A DNA stretch of 63,685 nt, the filler included, from Barthelona sp. PAP020 (Eukaryota), in assembly GCA_040182905.1 (NCBI GenBank). It is 13 parts of 13 records of this genome, joined end to end, with 100 filler letters (N's around TTAATTAATTAA, not from the genome) between each part and the next. Parts side by side here need not be neighbours in the genome. Positions count along the whole stretch, not along the records: positions 9,932 to 14,785 come from JARQWU010000642.1; positions 14,886 to 19,750 come from JARQWU010000643.1; positions 19,851 to 24,694 come from JARQWU010000644.1; 10 more parts are not named here. One strand, written 5' to 3'. Shown in pieces: positions 9,946 through 20,302 of this stretch (position 1 is its first letter; each line of letters opens with the position of its first letter). Below the pieces are notes generated by a model that did not search any database, was not told the DNA's origin, and was given only the letters and a program-made list of their open reading frames with translations. Both the position numbers and the translations under genes were made by a program.

Positions 9946-12525
9946 TTATTCTGTTTCAAATAAACTAGCTGTGAAACCATCAACAGAATAAGCATCTTCA
10001 ACACCATCATATACAACCAACATTTCTAAAACTTGTTCCAAAAGCTCATCTCCAACAATTTCTTTGACTTGATCCTTCAGAATGTAAGACTTTCCCTCTG
10101 TAACTTGTTGTAAAGCTTCTTCAATTTCCTTTTGACCTTCTTGAACTTTTCCCAAATTTTCCATGAATGTCAAAAAGTCTTGAGCAGTCATTTCTGTTTT
10201 TTCTGGGTCGGGGAATAGTCTCTCTAATTCTTCATCAGAAATCTCTTCTCCTAATGCGGATAAAACTGCCTTAAATTCGTGAGAATGAAGAGTTTGAGTG
10301 TTGTTTTTATCAAATTGATTGAAGTACTCCATTAGATCATTGATCTCACTTGTTGTTAAAGAAGTTGACTTTTTAAAAGCAACAGAAGTCTCACAAGCCT
10401 TTCTCAATCTTAAAATTGTGGAAAATAAACCATCTACACTAGCTTGAACTTCAACAATAGAAATTTCTCTTTGTTGAAGATCAACACCAAGTCTTTCTAA
10501 GGTGTTGCTTGTTTCTTTCAATTCTTCAATAGTTTTAACATGTTCATTGACCTCTTTTTCTAATTCATTCAATCGTGCGATAATCTCCTCTTCAACTTCA
10601 GTAGAAGTACTATTATATTGTTTTGAAGAAACTTCATCCAAAGTGTCAAATATTTTATTGGCCCAATTGATAGATTCTTTTAATTTTACAATAAACTCCA
10701 TAGTAGAAGCTTCCTTAGCTTCCAGTTGAGTTTTTAAAGCATTATATTTGATTTCTTTATCCATCAAAAAGGCTTCAAGCATTTCACATCCAGTGGCAAT
10801 ATCTTCAAATGTACGAGTGGCGTAAACACCCCCATTACTGATACCATACTCCTGCATTTCCTTTTCAGTTGCTTCTAATTTACCTAACATCGTTTTGATA
10901 TCTTCATTGAAACTCTTGTTCACCCTGTCTAATTCATTTTTTTGTTCAGTTAAATTATGAATCTCCTTGACATCCAATGATATGGCCTTGATGGAATCTT
11001 GTAAAAGTTCAATGTCTCTTTGAATCTCAGAAGAAAGCATTCCGAAGCTGAGTTGAAGTTGGGCGGAATGTTCCATCTTCTCCAAGGTCTTGTCAAGAAG
11101 TGTTTTTCGGTTATCAATATCTTTCAATGTTTTTGTAATTGATTCATTGATGTTGCTGAAAGTGTTCATCAATTGATCTTCTGCTTCTGGATCAAGGGTG
11201 ATGGCTTCATCAATCAACTCTTTTACTTCAGTCATGACATTTTCAGCTCTGGAAACGTCTTCTCTGTATCCACTCAAAGCATGAATATCCATTCTAACTT
11301 TCTGAATGTCTTCAGGTATATCAGTTTCAATGATTCGTGACACTTCACCAGTCCAAGAATTTAATCTGGAAGCATGTTGTTGAATTCTTGAGTGAATTAA
11401 ACCAATTAGTCGCTGTTTTTTGCAACTAGCCTTCAATTCTTCCAAATATTTGTTTTCAGTCTCTTCAAAAAGAGTCCAAAGCTCTTCAATTGAACTGGGA
11501 TGTAAATCTTCGGCAATAACAGGAGCTTTCAACCCATCTCTTCTTCTTTCAGTAAGCATCGATAAATACTCACCTTCCAACGACATTCTAATTTGAAGCA
11601 TGGATGAACGTTCAGCACTGGTTTTTCTAGCTGTGTATTCACCAATCAAATGTTGAGCTTGCTCCAAATCATTTATGTCTTCAAGTTTTAGATTCTCAAT
11701 CTCATTGTTTAACCAATCAGTCAATTTTTTGGCTTGCTTTACGTAAACATTAGCTGATTCGTTACATTTTACAGCTTTTAAGAGGAACCTCTTCACAGCA
11801 ACATTTCCACGTTCAGCACTCTTTTCCTTGGCAAATTTGAAGAAAAATTGAGACACATAAGTAGTAATTGAATGCGTATCTGGATTGACCAGCATGGCAT
11901 CTGCTTCCAAAAATTCAGGAATAGATAAATGATCCTTTGCAATGGTAAAAGCAAGGTTCAATCGGGCTAATTTTGAAGCATCATCATCTTCTTTAGGCAG
12001 ACTGTCCCAATCAATCAAATTAGGTCTATGAGCATGAATTAAAGCACAAAAACCCCAACCATCAATCCAAGAGTCCTTAAAATTCTTAATATCCACATTT
12101 TCATAATTACAAGTAACACGTTGACACCATAATAATAAACCTTGTTGAGCGGTTGCTTCTTCTTCTGAAATATCGTCCAAACTGATTTTACTGATCAATT
12201 GCCAAGTGAAAGCTAAACTTTCTTCTAAATCTTTATTCATTAAATTCATGGCATCAATGTGTGGGAAAGTAATTCCTTTGTACTTTTCCAAATGCTTAAA
12301 GGCCAATTTGAAATTTTCACTTTTTTGAATGGGAACTCTTGGACGTTTATGATATCCACCTAACTTAGTGTTGGTGAAAATTTCGGCCAAAGCACATAAA
12401 ACTAATCCATCAGCGAAACATTCTTCAATATTTTCAACATTCATTTGCTTTTTAATCAAATGGGTATTTAACCAAGCGGTAAAAGCTTTTTTTTGGGATG
12501 CAATTCTTGCTTGGATTTGCGACAT
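9946..12525 (-). CDS. Alpha-actinin-like protein (2 CH domains, spectrin-like rod, EF-hands)
   Basis: QKKAFTAWLN, DGLVLCALAE, LLLWCQRVT..Y..V.I.NF..SW.DG.GFCALIH, coiled rod, FNQFDKNNTQTL...EFKAVLSALGE. Likely start is ATG 12525. Confidence 0.9.
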   Translation of the reverse strand: MSQIQARIASQKKAFTAWLNTHLIKKQMNVENIEECFADGLVLCALAEIFTNTKLGGYHKRPRVPIQKSENFKLAFKHLEKYKGITFPHIDAMNLMNKDLEESLAFTWQLISKISLDDISEEEATAQQGLLLWCQRVTCNYENVDIKNFKDSWIDGWGFCALIHAHRPNLIDWDSLPKEDDDASKLARLNLAFTIAKDHLSIPEFLEADAMLVNPDTHSITTYVSQFFFKFAKEKSAERGNVAVKRFLLKAVKCNESANVYVKQAKKLTDWLNNEIENLKLEDINDLEQAQHLIGEYTARKTSAERSSMLQIRMSLEGEYLSMLTERRRDGLKAPVIAEDLHPSSIEELWTLFEETENKYLEELKASCKKQRLIGLIHSRIQQHASRLNSWTGEVSRIIETDIPEDIQKVRMDIHALSGYREDVSRAENVMTEVKELIDEAITLDPEAEDQLMNTFSNINESITKTLKDIDNRKTLLDKTLEKMEHSAQLQLSFGMLSSEIQRDIELLQDSIKAISLDVKEIHNLTEQKNELDRVNKSFNEDIKTMLGKLEATEKEMQEYGISNGGVYATRTFEDIATGCEMLEAFLMDKEIKYNALKTQLEAKEASTMEFIVKLKESINWANKIFDTLDEVSSKQYNSTSTEVEEEIIARLNELEKEVNEHVKTIEELKETSNTLERLGVDLQQREISIVEVQASVDGLFSTILRLRKACETSVAFKKSTSLTTSEINDLMEYFNQFDKNNTQTLHSHEFKAVLSALGEEISDEELERLFPDPEKTEMTAQDFLTFMENLGKVQEGQKEIEEALQQVTEGKSYILKDQVKEIVGDELLEQVLEMLVVYDGVEDAYSVDGFTASLFETE

Positions 12526-12739
12526 TTTAATAAAAACAAAAACAAATTCAAAAATCAAATACAATCCTTATTTTCTTTCCAATTCAAAGGTATATATTTA
12601 TCAAAGCAATGTAAAAAGTGATTCAATGTTTGTTTTTGTGTGAAAGAAAAATGAATCAACATAACTTTTTTTAAAATTTATCGTACAGCTTCTTAAAACT
12701 AATATTGAATGTAAAAAAAAAAGCCCCTGAAATATTACA

Positions 12740-14212
12740 CTATTTACGATTTTTCTTTTTTTTATCTGACTTTTCAATTTCTTCCACTTCTACATCGCTA
12801 TATTTATCAAAAACTTTTTCACAATCTTCAACAGAAGTTACCACAAGTAAATTATCTGATAGTTTTAATCTTTCAATAATGATCTTTTCAGATATCTGTT
12901 CTTCTACGGGTTGTGTTTCAAGTTCAGTTTCCACTTTGCTTTCCTTAACTTGTTTTCCTTGTTTCTTTTTGCTGTCTTTCTTTTCAACTTCTTCCTCAAT
13001 CTTCACAGTTTTTTCGTACTCATAAAGTTCATCAGGGTTTTCAGGAATGCTATTTCCAAGCAGATTTAACACTTCCAAGCAAGTGCAAGCAGTTAAAATA
13101 GAAGTTCCATCCTTTTCTATTGAAATATTTCTTGTTACATTCTTGTGGGAATTTGATGATTTTGAAGCCTTTTTCGAGGATGCCTTTTTTGCATTTTTCT
13201 TTGAATTTTCAAGTGCACGTAATTCCCAATCTTCACATAAATGTTCAGATAAAGCCCACAATATGCGTTTTAATGAATCTTTATCAAGAGAACACCTTCC
13301 TAAATCAAGCAATTCAAAGTGGAAATTTGGAGACATCAATAATTCTATCAATAGACTGAAGAAAGGATTAAGATCACTACATGCAATGGACAATTGTTTT
13401 AAAGGTAATTGAAATAACGCTGGCAGAAATTGAATTTCATTGTCTCCAAAGCCAGAAGTGGGAGTAAGAGGAGTATTAGAACGTGTTGCAGAATTGGAAG
13501 GCAAAGGTGTGTTGGGGGTGGAACAGTCAAAAGACATCAGAGAAACACGGTCAAACACACTAAATCCACGAAGACTAAGTGTGTTAATCCCTTTCAATTG
13601 GGTGGAAACAATTGTGTCAATGATAGCCTCTTGAAGATCAACACTCAAAAAATCCAACATTAAAGAACGTACAGAGGTATCACATATCGAAATTAAAAAA
13701 TAATTCAGAGTTTCAGGATGGATAACGACATCAATGAATTTTACCGCTATAATTGAAGAAGAATTCTTAATAGCTTGACATACAGCATATACAGTTGCAT
13801 TGTCAATATAACAACCATTGAAACATAATACTTCAAAGATGGGTTGTTCTCCTACAATAGGTATAAGTTGTGGCAGCTTTAATTTCCATTCAACTTTTGG
13901 CGTTTCTTTCAAATAAGGGTTCCAATTTTCGCTTGATGGATCCTCTTCAGGAACATTGACAACAAAAGGTTCTACAATAGGAAATTGAACATTTAATTTC
14001 TTTGCAACTTCAATAATACTGGGATGTACAGATAAATTATACAATCTACACAATCCTAAATAATTTAAATAGAAGTTATCCGTGTAATTAGATACAGTTT
14101 CATTACAATCCTCAATTTGAAAATCCATTTGTTCTTTGGCCTTCCAAGGTTTTTGTCCAAAGAATTCATCGAAATCTAATTCAATGGAATCAATCAATTC
14201 ATTATCAGACAT
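12740..14212 (-). CDS. Leucine-rich-repeat protein with K/E-rich tail, possibly ciliary LRRC71-like
   Basis: LRR-like segments (INTLSLRG, FELLDLGRCSL, LEVLNLLGNSI) flanking Lys-rich inserts. Confidence 0.6.
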   Translation of the reverse strand: MSDNELIDSIELDFDEFFGQKPWKAKEQMDFQIEDCNETVSNYTDNFYLNYLGLCRLYNLSVHPSIIEVAKKLNVQFPIVEPFVVNVPEEDPSSENWNPYLKETPKVEWKLKLPQLIPIVGEQPIFEVLCFNGCYIDNATVYAVCQAIKNSSSIIAVKFIDVVIHPETLNYFLISICDTSVRSLMLDFLSVDLQEAIIDTIVSTQLKGINTLSLRGFSVFDRVSLMSFDCSTPNTPLPSNSATRSNTPLTPTSGFGDNEIQFLPALFQLPLKQLSIACSDLNPFFSLLIELLMSPNFHFELLDLGRCSLDKDSLKRILWALSEHLCEDWELRALENSKKNAKKASSKKASKSSNSHKNVTRNISIEKDGTSILTACTCLEVLNLLGNSIPENPDELYEYEKTVKIEEEVEKKDSKKKQGKQVKESKVETELETQPVEEQISEKIIIERLKLSDNLLVVTSVEDCEKVFDKYSDVEVEEIEKSDKKKKNRK

Positions 14213-14327
14213 TGAATTACTCTAAAAAAAAAAAAATAAATTTCCAGTTTGTCCTTTTTTTATGTAATATGTTTCAAGTATATATAAAAAAACGTTTAAA
14301 CATTTCAATGAATTTTGTATTAGTACA

Positions 14328-14785
14328 TTACGAATTTAAATTATTAAATCTGGCATTCAAAGCTTGCAAATCAACAGTATCCTCTTCAACAGGAGCATTA
14401 TTACCTAAAACTCCATTCGCTCCCAACGAACCTATTGTGGATCCTTGATTTATTTGTTGTTCCGTCATCATATCATCGATAAGTGTATCAACAGCACTTT
14501 GAGGAACAGAAGAAGAAGTTTGAGAATCCAAAGCTGTTCCCATTGTTTCACCACTAATTGTGATATCATCAAAGGCCTCTTCAAATTGATCCATAACTGA
14601 AGAAACTCTCTCAGGATTCATGGCATTAACAGCTGCATTCAAAGTTTTGGTAATTTTTTCCATGTTCTTGAAAACCAAACCTTGAGTGGAAACAGCTTGC
14701 AATCTGGAATGAACTGCATCCAATCGTGCGGATAATTGTAAATATTTTTGTGCTTCATTTTGATGACGAATTACATTTTGTGCAT
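14328..14785 (-). CDS. CHMP1: ESCRT-III CHMP1/Did2/Vps46, 3' part (5' end lost at linker)
   Basis: AQNVIRHQNEAQKYLQLSARLDAVHSRLQ, VMDQFEEAFDD, C-terminal MIM-like DLQALNARFNNL. Confidence 0.85.
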
Positions 14786-14885
14786 NNNNNNNNNNNNNNN
14801 NNNNNNNNNNNNNNNNNNNNNNNNNNNNNTTAATTAATTAANNNNNNNNNNNNNNNNNNNNNNNNNNNNNNNNNNNNNNNNNNNN

Positions 14886-15190
14886 CCTGCCACGGTGAAT
14901 GCATGAAAACTTGCACAATTAGGATAAATTTTTAAAAATATCGGAGCTTTAAGCTCTTTTGAGCAATTAGTAATGCAGTATTTCACATCCCGCATAGGGC
15001 GTAGCTCTCCTACGAAAGCCTATGAAAAAGTAGGTCTCAAAAAAGAGAGGTTCCTTTCAGGAACGCTGGACCCCCCGAAAAGAATAAAGATTAAGATTTA
15101 TTATTTATTAGTCAACTAAGTTTCCCCAGTCTCTAATTTGGGAAAGTTCTGGAAAAGGTTCGTACAAGAAGAAAAATAAAATAAAAAATC
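14886..15190 (+). repeat. Dispersed structured repeat family B, copy 1
   Basis: Homologous to 20900-21225, 43425-43755 (minus), 61825-62140 and 62690-62905; hairpins GAGCT/AGCTC (14944-14956), CATAGG/CCTATG (14993-15024), GTTCCT-TTC-AGGAAC (15050-15064). Confidence 0.75.
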
Positions 15191-15214
15191 TATCGTTTTT
15201 TTATATGTACAAAA

Positions 15215-16408
15215 TTAAAACAGACTTGCAGAGGCGGCAGAACGAGGTTGATTTCTCAAGGGGTTACTGTAAACACTTCCAATAGTACTTGCTAAATAAC
15301 TTTCATCAGTAGTAATGGTTGTGGCTTTATTTTTATCTTTTCTGAAAGCGGCCATAGCAGCAGGAGAAACACCACCAGCAGCAACAGCAGTCATGCCTGC
15401 TTTCGAAGTACCAGTTCTGTTTTCATATTTCTGTTCCAAAATTTCTTTATTGTGCCAAACCAACAAACCAATGCCGGCTACTATTATAATACCAGATAAA
15501 ATAGCTTGTACAATACACAAAAGTGAAATAGTCGTGAAAGCTGCTAAAAGGAATAGTATAAATTGAAGTAAACCAACCACACACACACCAATTTGTGCAA
15601 GAGCGATTTTATTGTTAGCTCTTGGAGGATCCCACAAAAATTTAAGCACAACTATTGCCAAAACAAGACATCCAAGAGGAGTTAACCAACCAGTAGCTGG
15701 ACAAGAACCGCTTGAATTAAAACTGCTAGTTTCAACAACTACACACGTTTTTTGAGACAAATCTCCAACAAAGGTATGTAATTCAGTGAAATTACCCATA
15801 ATAGTGTTGGAAGCATCATTTTCATCACGTTTAGCACATAAATTCAATTGACTGCCCTTAGGATCATTTCCAACGCCTATCATTATTATTTCAATACCTT
15901 CATCTAAAGTGTCACTACATTCATCAGGCCAAGATGGAGCAATACCTTGAGGTTGTCCTGTCTGATCAAGATCACCGTCAGTCAAAACAATAACGTATTT
16001 TTTAGCGCCTGAACGACTGTTTAATTTAAATTCTTGTCTAACTAAACTTAAACCTCTGTCAAGTCTGGTCAATCCACTAATCCAAGAAACTTTTTCTGCA
16101 ATTCCAGACAATACACAAGATGTACCTGTTAAACAAATCTCTTTTCTTGCTTCAGTACCAAATTGGTAAATTGATAAATGGGTGCCCATATCAGTAATTG
16201 CAAAATTATTTAATATTTCTTGTGTAAAATTTGTTACTTTGTCCCAATATGGATAAATAGAATCTGATCCATCTAATAATAATACAATATCAACCTGACC
16301 ATTGCAAACCAGATTTGAACTAGTTGTAGTAGATGGAGTAGCAGCATTACAAACACCAATCAATATTAACCCAAACAGGACAAATATTGTGCAGTGATGA
16401 AGCTTCAT
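15215..16408 (-). CDS. Membrane protein with signal peptide, vWA domain and 3 C-terminal TM segments
   Basis: Signal peptide; MIDAS DIVLLLDGSDS, T....GL, VIVLTDG, IGVG; three hydrophobic helices. Confidence 0.85.
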   Translation of the reverse strand: MKLHHCTIFVLFGLILIGVCNAATPSTTTSSNLVCNGQVDIVLLLDGSDSIYPYWDKVTNFTQEILNNFAITDMGTHLSIYQFGTEARKEICLTGTSCVLSGIAEKVSWISGLTRLDRGLSLVRQEFKLNSRSGAKKYVIVLTDGDLDQTGQPQGIAPSWPDECSDTLDEGIEIIMIGVGNDPKGSQLNLCAKRDENDASNTIMGNFTELHTFVGDLSQKTCVVVETSSFNSSGSCPATGWLTPLGCLVLAIVVLKFLWDPPRANNKIALAQIGVCVVGLLQFILFLLAAFTTISLLCIVQAILSGIIIVAGIGLLVWHNKEILEQKYENRTGTSKAGMTAVAAGGVSPAAMAAFRKDKNKATTITTDESYLASTIGSVYSNPLRNQPRSAASASLF

Positions 16409-16468
16409 TAAAAGGCAAAAAAAAAAGATAAAAGTGAATGGAAAAATAATTTATTTTTTTTCTCAAAC

Positions 16469-17050
16469 ATGGCGGAATATATTAATGAAAAGAAAAAACC
16501 TTTGAAAATTATATTAGTTGGTGATTCAGCTGTTGGAAAAACAAGAATGTTGGAAAGATATTTGATGGACAAATTTAAAGCTGAACATGATTCCACTTAT
16601 GCTTTGGATTTATATCCATTCAATTATGAAATTGATGAATTTGAAAGTATACCTGTTACATTTTGGGATGCCGCCGGACAAACTCAATTTAATAATTTTC
16701 ATTCTTCATATTATTTCGGATGTGAATGTTGTTTATTATGTTTTGATGCCGTTAGAAAGATGACTTATAAAGATTTGAGACAGTGGTATCAAGAATTAGT
16801 TGAATATGTGGATGCTCATAGTGTTCCTGTAGTTGTTGTTTGTAATAAGATAGATTTAGCCCCTGATGCGCCAACGAAGAATTTTAAATTTGCTGAACAA
16901 AATGGATTTCCCATTTTCTTTGTTTCTGCTGCAGATGGTACAAACATTGTTGATATGTTTAACACATGTATTGAAAAAGCCATCGAATTTCGTAGAAATG
17001 GTAGTTCCGATGTTCATCACATCATCGATATTTTGGAGAAGGATCGTTAA
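16469..17050 (+). CDS. RABL2: Rab-like GTPase RABL2 (IFT-associated)
   Basis: KIILVGDSAVGKT, STYAL, FWDAAGQ..F...HSSYY, RKMTYKDL..WY.EL, NKID, FVSAADGTN; no CAAX. Confidence 0.85.
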   Translation: MAEYINEKKKPLKIILVGDSAVGKTRMLERYLMDKFKAEHDSTYALDLYPFNYEIDEFESIPVTFWDAAGQTQFNNFHSSYYFGCECCLLCFDAVRKMTYKDLRQWYQELVEYVDAHSVPVVVVCNKIDLAPDAPTKNFKFAEQNGFPIFFVSAADGTNIVDMFNTCIEKAIEFRRNGSSDVHHIIDILEKDR

Positions 17051-17140
17051 TTTATAATGTAAAAGTGCCACTTTTTTTTTCATTTTGAAATTTTGTTAAA
17101 GGAAGAGCAACAAACAATGAAAAAAACAACATTTACAAAA

Positions 17141-17869
17141 TTACATTTTTTCAGATGCATGGAGGAACAAATACATAAAGCCATCAAAAGAATGACAGAC
17201 TTGCCAAAGTTTAAAAATATTTTGATCAGGTTCCAAATCAACATTAAAACAAGAAATTTTGATATCCTTTGACAAAAAAAATTCAGAAATGTCAAATAAT
17301 TCACAAATAATTTTAACAGATGATATCAAATCTATTGTCGAATCAACAGCATATTGATAATAATAATTTTCACAAGAAGTGTACAGCCTGATAGGAATGA
17401 CATTTAAGTCGGTCCATCTTTCGACAAAGTACTTTTCTAATTTTTCAAAATTACCAAAATTCATAAATAATTCTTTCGAGATGTGTGAAGGCATATTTTG
17501 AATGTTTTCAAAAATAGATATATTTGCCAAATGTGAAGAAGCTTTTAATTGATTGAAAAGAAATGTATTTCCAATCTGAAAATCGTTATGAATACTTAAA
17601 ATTAATTTATTATTACTTAAATCAGTTAAATAATAACCTAATGGTAAATAAAAATGAAATACCGAACTTAAATTGTTTTTACAAATAAAATTATAAAATT
17701 GGTCAGATCCTAATTGAAAATGTTCTCTAATCTTTTGATCATACGTAATAATGAACGAATTAAAACTGACTAACAAATATAGATCCTCAAAATTTTCGCA
17801 TTCAATAATTATTACATATTTTCCTTCGTTAAATAATTTTCGAGTTTCACACACTTCTATGTCATCCAT
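17141..17869 (-). CDS. ATG5: Divergent autophagy protein ATG5-like
   Basis: Motifs collinear with ATG5: LYLLVSFNSFI, FHFYLPLGYYLTDL, FNQLKAS, NMPSHISKELF, IPIRLY, C-terminal CHSFDGFMYL. Likely start is ATG 17869. Confidence 0.6.
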   Translation of the reverse strand: MDDIEVCETRKLFNEGKYVIIIECENFEDLYLLVSFNSFIITYDQKIREHFQLGSDQFYNFICKNNLSSVFHFYLPLGYYLTDLSNNKLILSIHNDFQIGNTFLFNQLKASSHLANISIFENIQNMPSHISKELFMNFGNFEKLEKYFVERWTDLNVIPIRLYTSCENYYYQYAVDSTIDLISSVKIICELFDISEFFLSKDIKISCFNVDLEPDQNIFKLWQVCHSFDGFMYLFLHASEKM

Positions 17870-17944
17870 ATAAACAAAAAAAATAAGGAAAAAGGTTTCT
17901 TTTTTTCTTAAAGTCTTTTTATTTGTTCGAGACATTTTGTTTCA

Positions 17945-19750
17945 ATGAATGACTTGAATCCTATCGAAGAGTTTGAGTTAGCTAATTTTGAACAATTAGA
18001 TCATGTTAAACATGTTGAAACTGGTATTTGGACATTATATTATTCTTTGCCAAAAATAATTGCAAATCCAGAAATTTGTTTGAAAAAAATTCGTTTTAAT
18101 TCAATGAATTACGAATTTCTTGTGAAATTCGATTTTGTAACCTTGAATATTGGATTTTTTATCAAAAGGCAAGAAAATACTTCTGATGAAAATGCTAATG
18201 AAAACATAAATACATATTTAATGCAAGTGTCCAGTTTTATTTCCAACCGTCAACAAATTGTTAGACAGTGTAAAATCAACACTCCTTTTGAATGTTATGG
18301 TTTTCCTTTTTTAATTAATCTACAAAATATTGTGTTCAAAGTCAATCGTGAAGAACCGCGTGAATTGGCAGAGATCATACAAGAAATTTGGAAAGAATGT
18401 GAAGACTATGAATCACGTTATTCAAAATTATTGAAATTGTTTTCAACAGATTTTTTGTGTGGAAATAAGGTTGATGTTAAAAAACTTAGTCTTGAAGTTT
18501 CTCTGTATAGATTGGCAGTATTTGAAGATGATAACACCCAAAAGAATGATTTATTGAACTTTATTGCAGACATTAACAATTTTGAAAATTGTCCTTATAT
18601 TGGTTTATTAAATCAAGGAGCTACATGTTATTTAAATTCATTGATGCAAAATTTATTTCATTTGTCCATATTTAGAAGTGTAATTTATGGTATTCCAACC
18701 TTCAACAGATTAAAACCCAATGTCATTGTACAGGCCCTTCAACATTTGTTTATTCAGTTGGAATATAAAAAGATGATGACAAACAGTGATGCTGGTGTGT
18801 CTACCCTTGAATTAACCAAAGCATTTGGTTGGAATGGTGCACAAACCTTTGTACAGCACGATGTAACTGAATTACTACAAATCTTGTTTCAAAAATTGGA
18901 AATTATGCTGAATAGATATTTGCTGGGAATAATGAATCGAGCACTCAAAACTTCAAAAAAATCTGAGCCTGAAATTGAAGAAATTGTAAAGACTGAACAT
19001 GAAACCGAAACTTCATTATACAAAAGAGAAGATGAAACAGATATTGTTAATGTGGATTCGGTTGATGTGGAGATTGACGCCATTATTGAAAATGATGAAG
19101 ACACTGAAAACAAATTAAATTTGAGTGAAGATCTGTTTAAGGAACTCAAATGTGTTTTGTTGAATCCGATTACTACTCCATTCACTGGGCAATATTGTTC
19201 TTACATCAAATGCAAGAATGTTCCTGTTTCATCTGTAAATTTGGAATTATTCAGAGAAGTTCCTCTTGCTGTTCATGGATTTCCTTCATTGACTGCATCA
19301 CTTCGCGATTTTTGTAATCCTGATGAATTGTTTGCAGACAATCAATATCGTACTGAAAGTCATGGATTGCAAGATGCTTATAAAGGAACATTGTTTTACC
19401 AATGTCCTCAAATTCTTTGTTGTTCTTTGAAAAGATTTGATTATGATTGGATGCGTGATATGCCCATCAAAGTGAACGACAGATTTGAGTTTCCTGAATA
19501 TCTTGACATGTCACCTTATCTAGTTACTGACACAACGTTATTGAATCTTTGTAAGAAAAAGGAAGCAACATATTGGGAGACAAAAAGAAATGAACTTCAT
19601 GAATTGTTGAAAACTGCTAATCTGGAGCTGACACATGAAGAATTAGATTTGTTTATTGATTTACAATTGAAACAGATGGACACATTAAGAACTTCTGTTG
19701 AAGACACAAAATATCGTTTGAAAGGCGTTTTAGTACATTCGGGAATGATA
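17945..19750 (+). CDS. Ubiquitin-specific protease (C19, USP7/USP47-like), 3' truncated
   Basis: Cys box GLLNQGATCYLNSLMQ, QHDVTEL, LKRFDYD, KVNDRFEFP, start of His box YRLKGVLVHSG. Confidence 0.9.
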
Positions 19751-20059
19751 NNNNNNNNNNNNNNNNNNNNNNNNNNNNNNNNNNNNNNNNNNNNTTAATT
19801 AATTAANNNNNNNNNNNNNNNNNNNNNNNNNNNNNNNNNNNNNNNNNNNNGTTCTGAACCAATCTACGCACAACAGACCAGTGACAAGTAACCCAAACTC
19901 TAACCTTGAACAGTAAAAGCTTTTATCAAATGTTTATTATTTTGTCGAGTGAAAATTAAAGCCTTTAATTTTGCCCTTTCGTCTAACGTGAATAATTTTG
20001 TCGAGTAAATGGAAAAGTTGGAGACTCGATCCTTAACCTTATGAAATGAAGGTTAAAAT

Positions 20060-20141
20060 TGCAAGCGGTGGGACTTGAACCCACGAACCTCTAGGGACTG
20101 GGACTTGAATCCAGCGTCGTTGACCACTTGACTACGCTTGC
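20060..20141 (-). tRNA. tRNA-Leu (anticodon CAA)
   Basis: GCAAGCG/CGCTTGC acceptor stem plus discriminator A, D-loop AAGTGGTCAA, anticodon loop TT-CAA-GT, long variable arm, T-arm GTGGG-TTCAAGT-CCCAC. Confidence 0.92.
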
Positions 20142-20255
20142 CCGTCTGTAGAAGTTGTTTTAGCTGAAGAAAAATCACACAATTTTTAATTTTATTTTTA
20201 AAAAAATAAACAGTTGAATAAATATATATATATAATTATTCTCTTTATTATTATT

Positions 20256-20302
20256 ATTTTCAAGCCAAGAAGCACTGTGGGTATGAGTGAATAAGAAAGA
20301 AT
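20256..20302 (+). repeat. Repeat family C 5' fragment, directly followed by repeat A
   Basis: CAAGCCAAGAAGCACTGTG.GTATGAGTGAATAA.AAAGAAT is near-identical to 43819-43860. Confidence 0.75.

Noticed and set aside
19851..19880. 5' half of a second tRNA on the minus strand (GGTCTGTTGTGCGTAGATTGGTTCAGAAC)
   Set aside because: D-loop-like AG..TGG is present, but positions 8-9 and D-stem pairing are non-canonical and the rest is lost at the linker.
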